Shown here piece after piece: positions 61,798 to 64,000 of a stretch of 64,000 nucleotides of DNA. Position 1 is the stretch's first letter, and every line of letters starts with the position of its first letter. The translations under genes were made by a program, and so were the position numbers. The notes under the pieces are model-generated. The model did not search any database. It saw nothing but the letters and a program-made list of their open reading frames with translations, and was not told the DNA's origin. The stretch comes from the human T2T-CHM13v2.0 reference genome, Homo sapiens, in the NCBI RefSeq assembly GCF_009914755.1, contig NC_060943.1; one strand, 5' to 3'.

Positions 61798-61974
61798 GTC
61801 CCCACAGGGCCAGGGGTTCCCCAGGGCAGGGGGCAGGGAGCCGGGGGCCTTTAACCCTTCCCTGTCCGCTGCCGGGGGAGCCCCGAGGGTCAGCTGGGCC
61901 GCGGCCTGGGGAGGGGAGGCATGTGCCCTGAGCAGCAGGGCCGCGGCAGTGAGGGAGTGTGGACGCCTGGGGGG

Positions 61975-62046
61975 TTATATAGGGGGCTGGGGCGGGCGGG
62001 CGGGGGGCAGGCGGCAGGGGAGGGCGGCCTGACACATCCTGACTCA
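61975..62046 (-). promoter_or_regulatory. IL11: IL11 core promoter: TATATAA (61975-61981), GC boxes, tandem AP-1 sites (62030-62036, 62040-62046)
   Basis: Motifs read directly; the twin AP-1 sites are an established feature of the IL11 promoter. Confidence 0.88.
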
Positions 62047-62401
62047 CCCTCCCTGCCTGCCTTTTCCATTCAGACGGAGCGGCTGCCTTGCAGGGCTCAC
62101 GCCGCCGCGCTCGGAGGAGGGCACGGAAGGAAAAGTTGGAAAAGTTGAAAAGGGAAAGGGGGGGGTGGTCGGAGAGGGGCTGGTGAGGTCATTGGCGTCC
62201 CCTCCCTCCACCTCCACGGGCCGGAGCAGACACTCAGGCTCAAGCGCTGGGGCCCGACTGTGGGTGGGGGTCCGGCTGGACCAGGACTAGCAGAGAGAGA
62301 TGGGGAGGCAGGAGGACGGAAAGGCAGAGAAAGGCCGGACGGAGGGACAAGACAGGGGCCTGGAGAGGTGGAGGCAGGAGGAAGAGGGAGTGGAAGGGAA
62401 G

Positions 62402-62430
62402 GAGAGAGAGAGAGACACACACACACACAG
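62402..62430 (+). repeat. (GA)n(CA)n dinucleotide repeat upstream of IL11
   Basis: Read directly. Confidence 0.9.
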
Positions 62431-62765
62431 AGTGAAGGACAGACTGAGACAGAGACAGGGAGATGGAGATCCACAGAGATGGAGGCAGCCAGAGAGACAC
62501 ACCAGAGAAGCAAAGAGGATCAGAGGGGCAGCCCTGGAGACAGAGGGAGAGGTTCTGGGAGTCAGAGATCAGAGAGCGGGAGGAAGACAGCAGGAGGGAC
62601 TTGGGGAGACCCAGGGAGACCCCGAGGGGAAAGGAACAGAGACACCAAGACTCTGAGACAGAGGATGCCGCAGCTGAAGAAAGGCACCAGGCAAACAGAG
62701 ACACGGGGCAGAGTGACAGGGACGGAGAGGCCCCAGGGACAGAAAAGGGGAGACAGAGATATTAG

Positions 62766-63451
<686 letters not shown>

Positions 63452-64000
63452 TTTTGAAAAGCCTTTCTCAAAGAGGCAGGTGGAGACAGGAAGGAGGAGG
63501 AGAGACGGAGACTGAGGACCAAGAGGCGCTGAGACACTCCATAGAGGCAAGACCTCCATGTGCGACTCTCCCCCTCTGTGCCTCAGTTTCCTCATCTGTG
63601 AAGGGGGGTTAATGATGCACCCTCATCTGCCTAAATGCCACGATGAGGATAAAGCGAGCTCATTCACGTGAAGCACAAAGTCAGTGCTGACCATCCTTAT
63701 TCCCCTCGTTAACTTTTCTGAACACATCAGGGACACAGAGAAAAAGATGTCGCCTTCGAGAGAGATGGGGCAGGAGCAAGATGGGGTGAAGACGGGACAG
63801 TGGGGACACGGAGACAGTGGCCAGAACCACCGGGGCCAGAGCCCTGGACGTCACCGCACAGAGGTGGAGGCAGGAGAGGAGTGCAGGGGGGAGGGGACCC
63901 ACAGGCCAGGGGGGAGGCAGCGACGCCTACCCAGGCTCACAGTGGGCCAGCCCCAGGCATGGGGGCAGAGGAGACCCGGGATTCACCACAGAGCAAGCGA

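Noticed and set aside
60664-61854. 396-aa + strand ORF antisense to IL11 intron 1
   Set aside because: CpG-island sequence depleted of stops; low-complexity P/R/G/A peptide; several overlapping frames are equally open; the start codon at 60664 is ATG but nothing else supports coding

Overview
Human (or very close hominid) genomic DNA from chr19q13.42, GC-rich and very Alu-dense. It holds the last two exons of BRSK1 (+), TMEM150B (-, 6 coding exons, 233 aa), KMT5C/SUV420H2 (+, 8 coding exons, 462 aa), COX6B2 (-, 88 aa), GARIN5B/FAM71E2 (-, 10 coding exons, 914 aa as reconstructed) and IL11 (-, 199 aa). All coding exons were rebuilt by hand from splice sites and the phases close. Most long ORFs in the supplied track are Alu, MSR1 or CpG-island artefacts. 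The most interesting observations are: (1) a ~205-bp templated insertion copied from the IL11 3'UTR into an Alu just upstream of GARIN5B, forming a 55-bp-arm near-perfect palindrome; (2) an intragenic tandem duplication in TMEM150B whose two copies appear to have decayed reciprocally, one keeping the coding exon and the other a 5'UTR exon; (3) an in-frame upstream ATG of GARIN5B cut off by a single TGA; (4) a GC-AG intron filled by an MSR1 VNTR; (5) probable 3'UTR overlap of BRSK1 and TMEM150B through an AT tract readable on both strands; (6) GARIN5B ending inside the COX6B2 promoter. Gene names and reference comparisons are from memory, not database searches.
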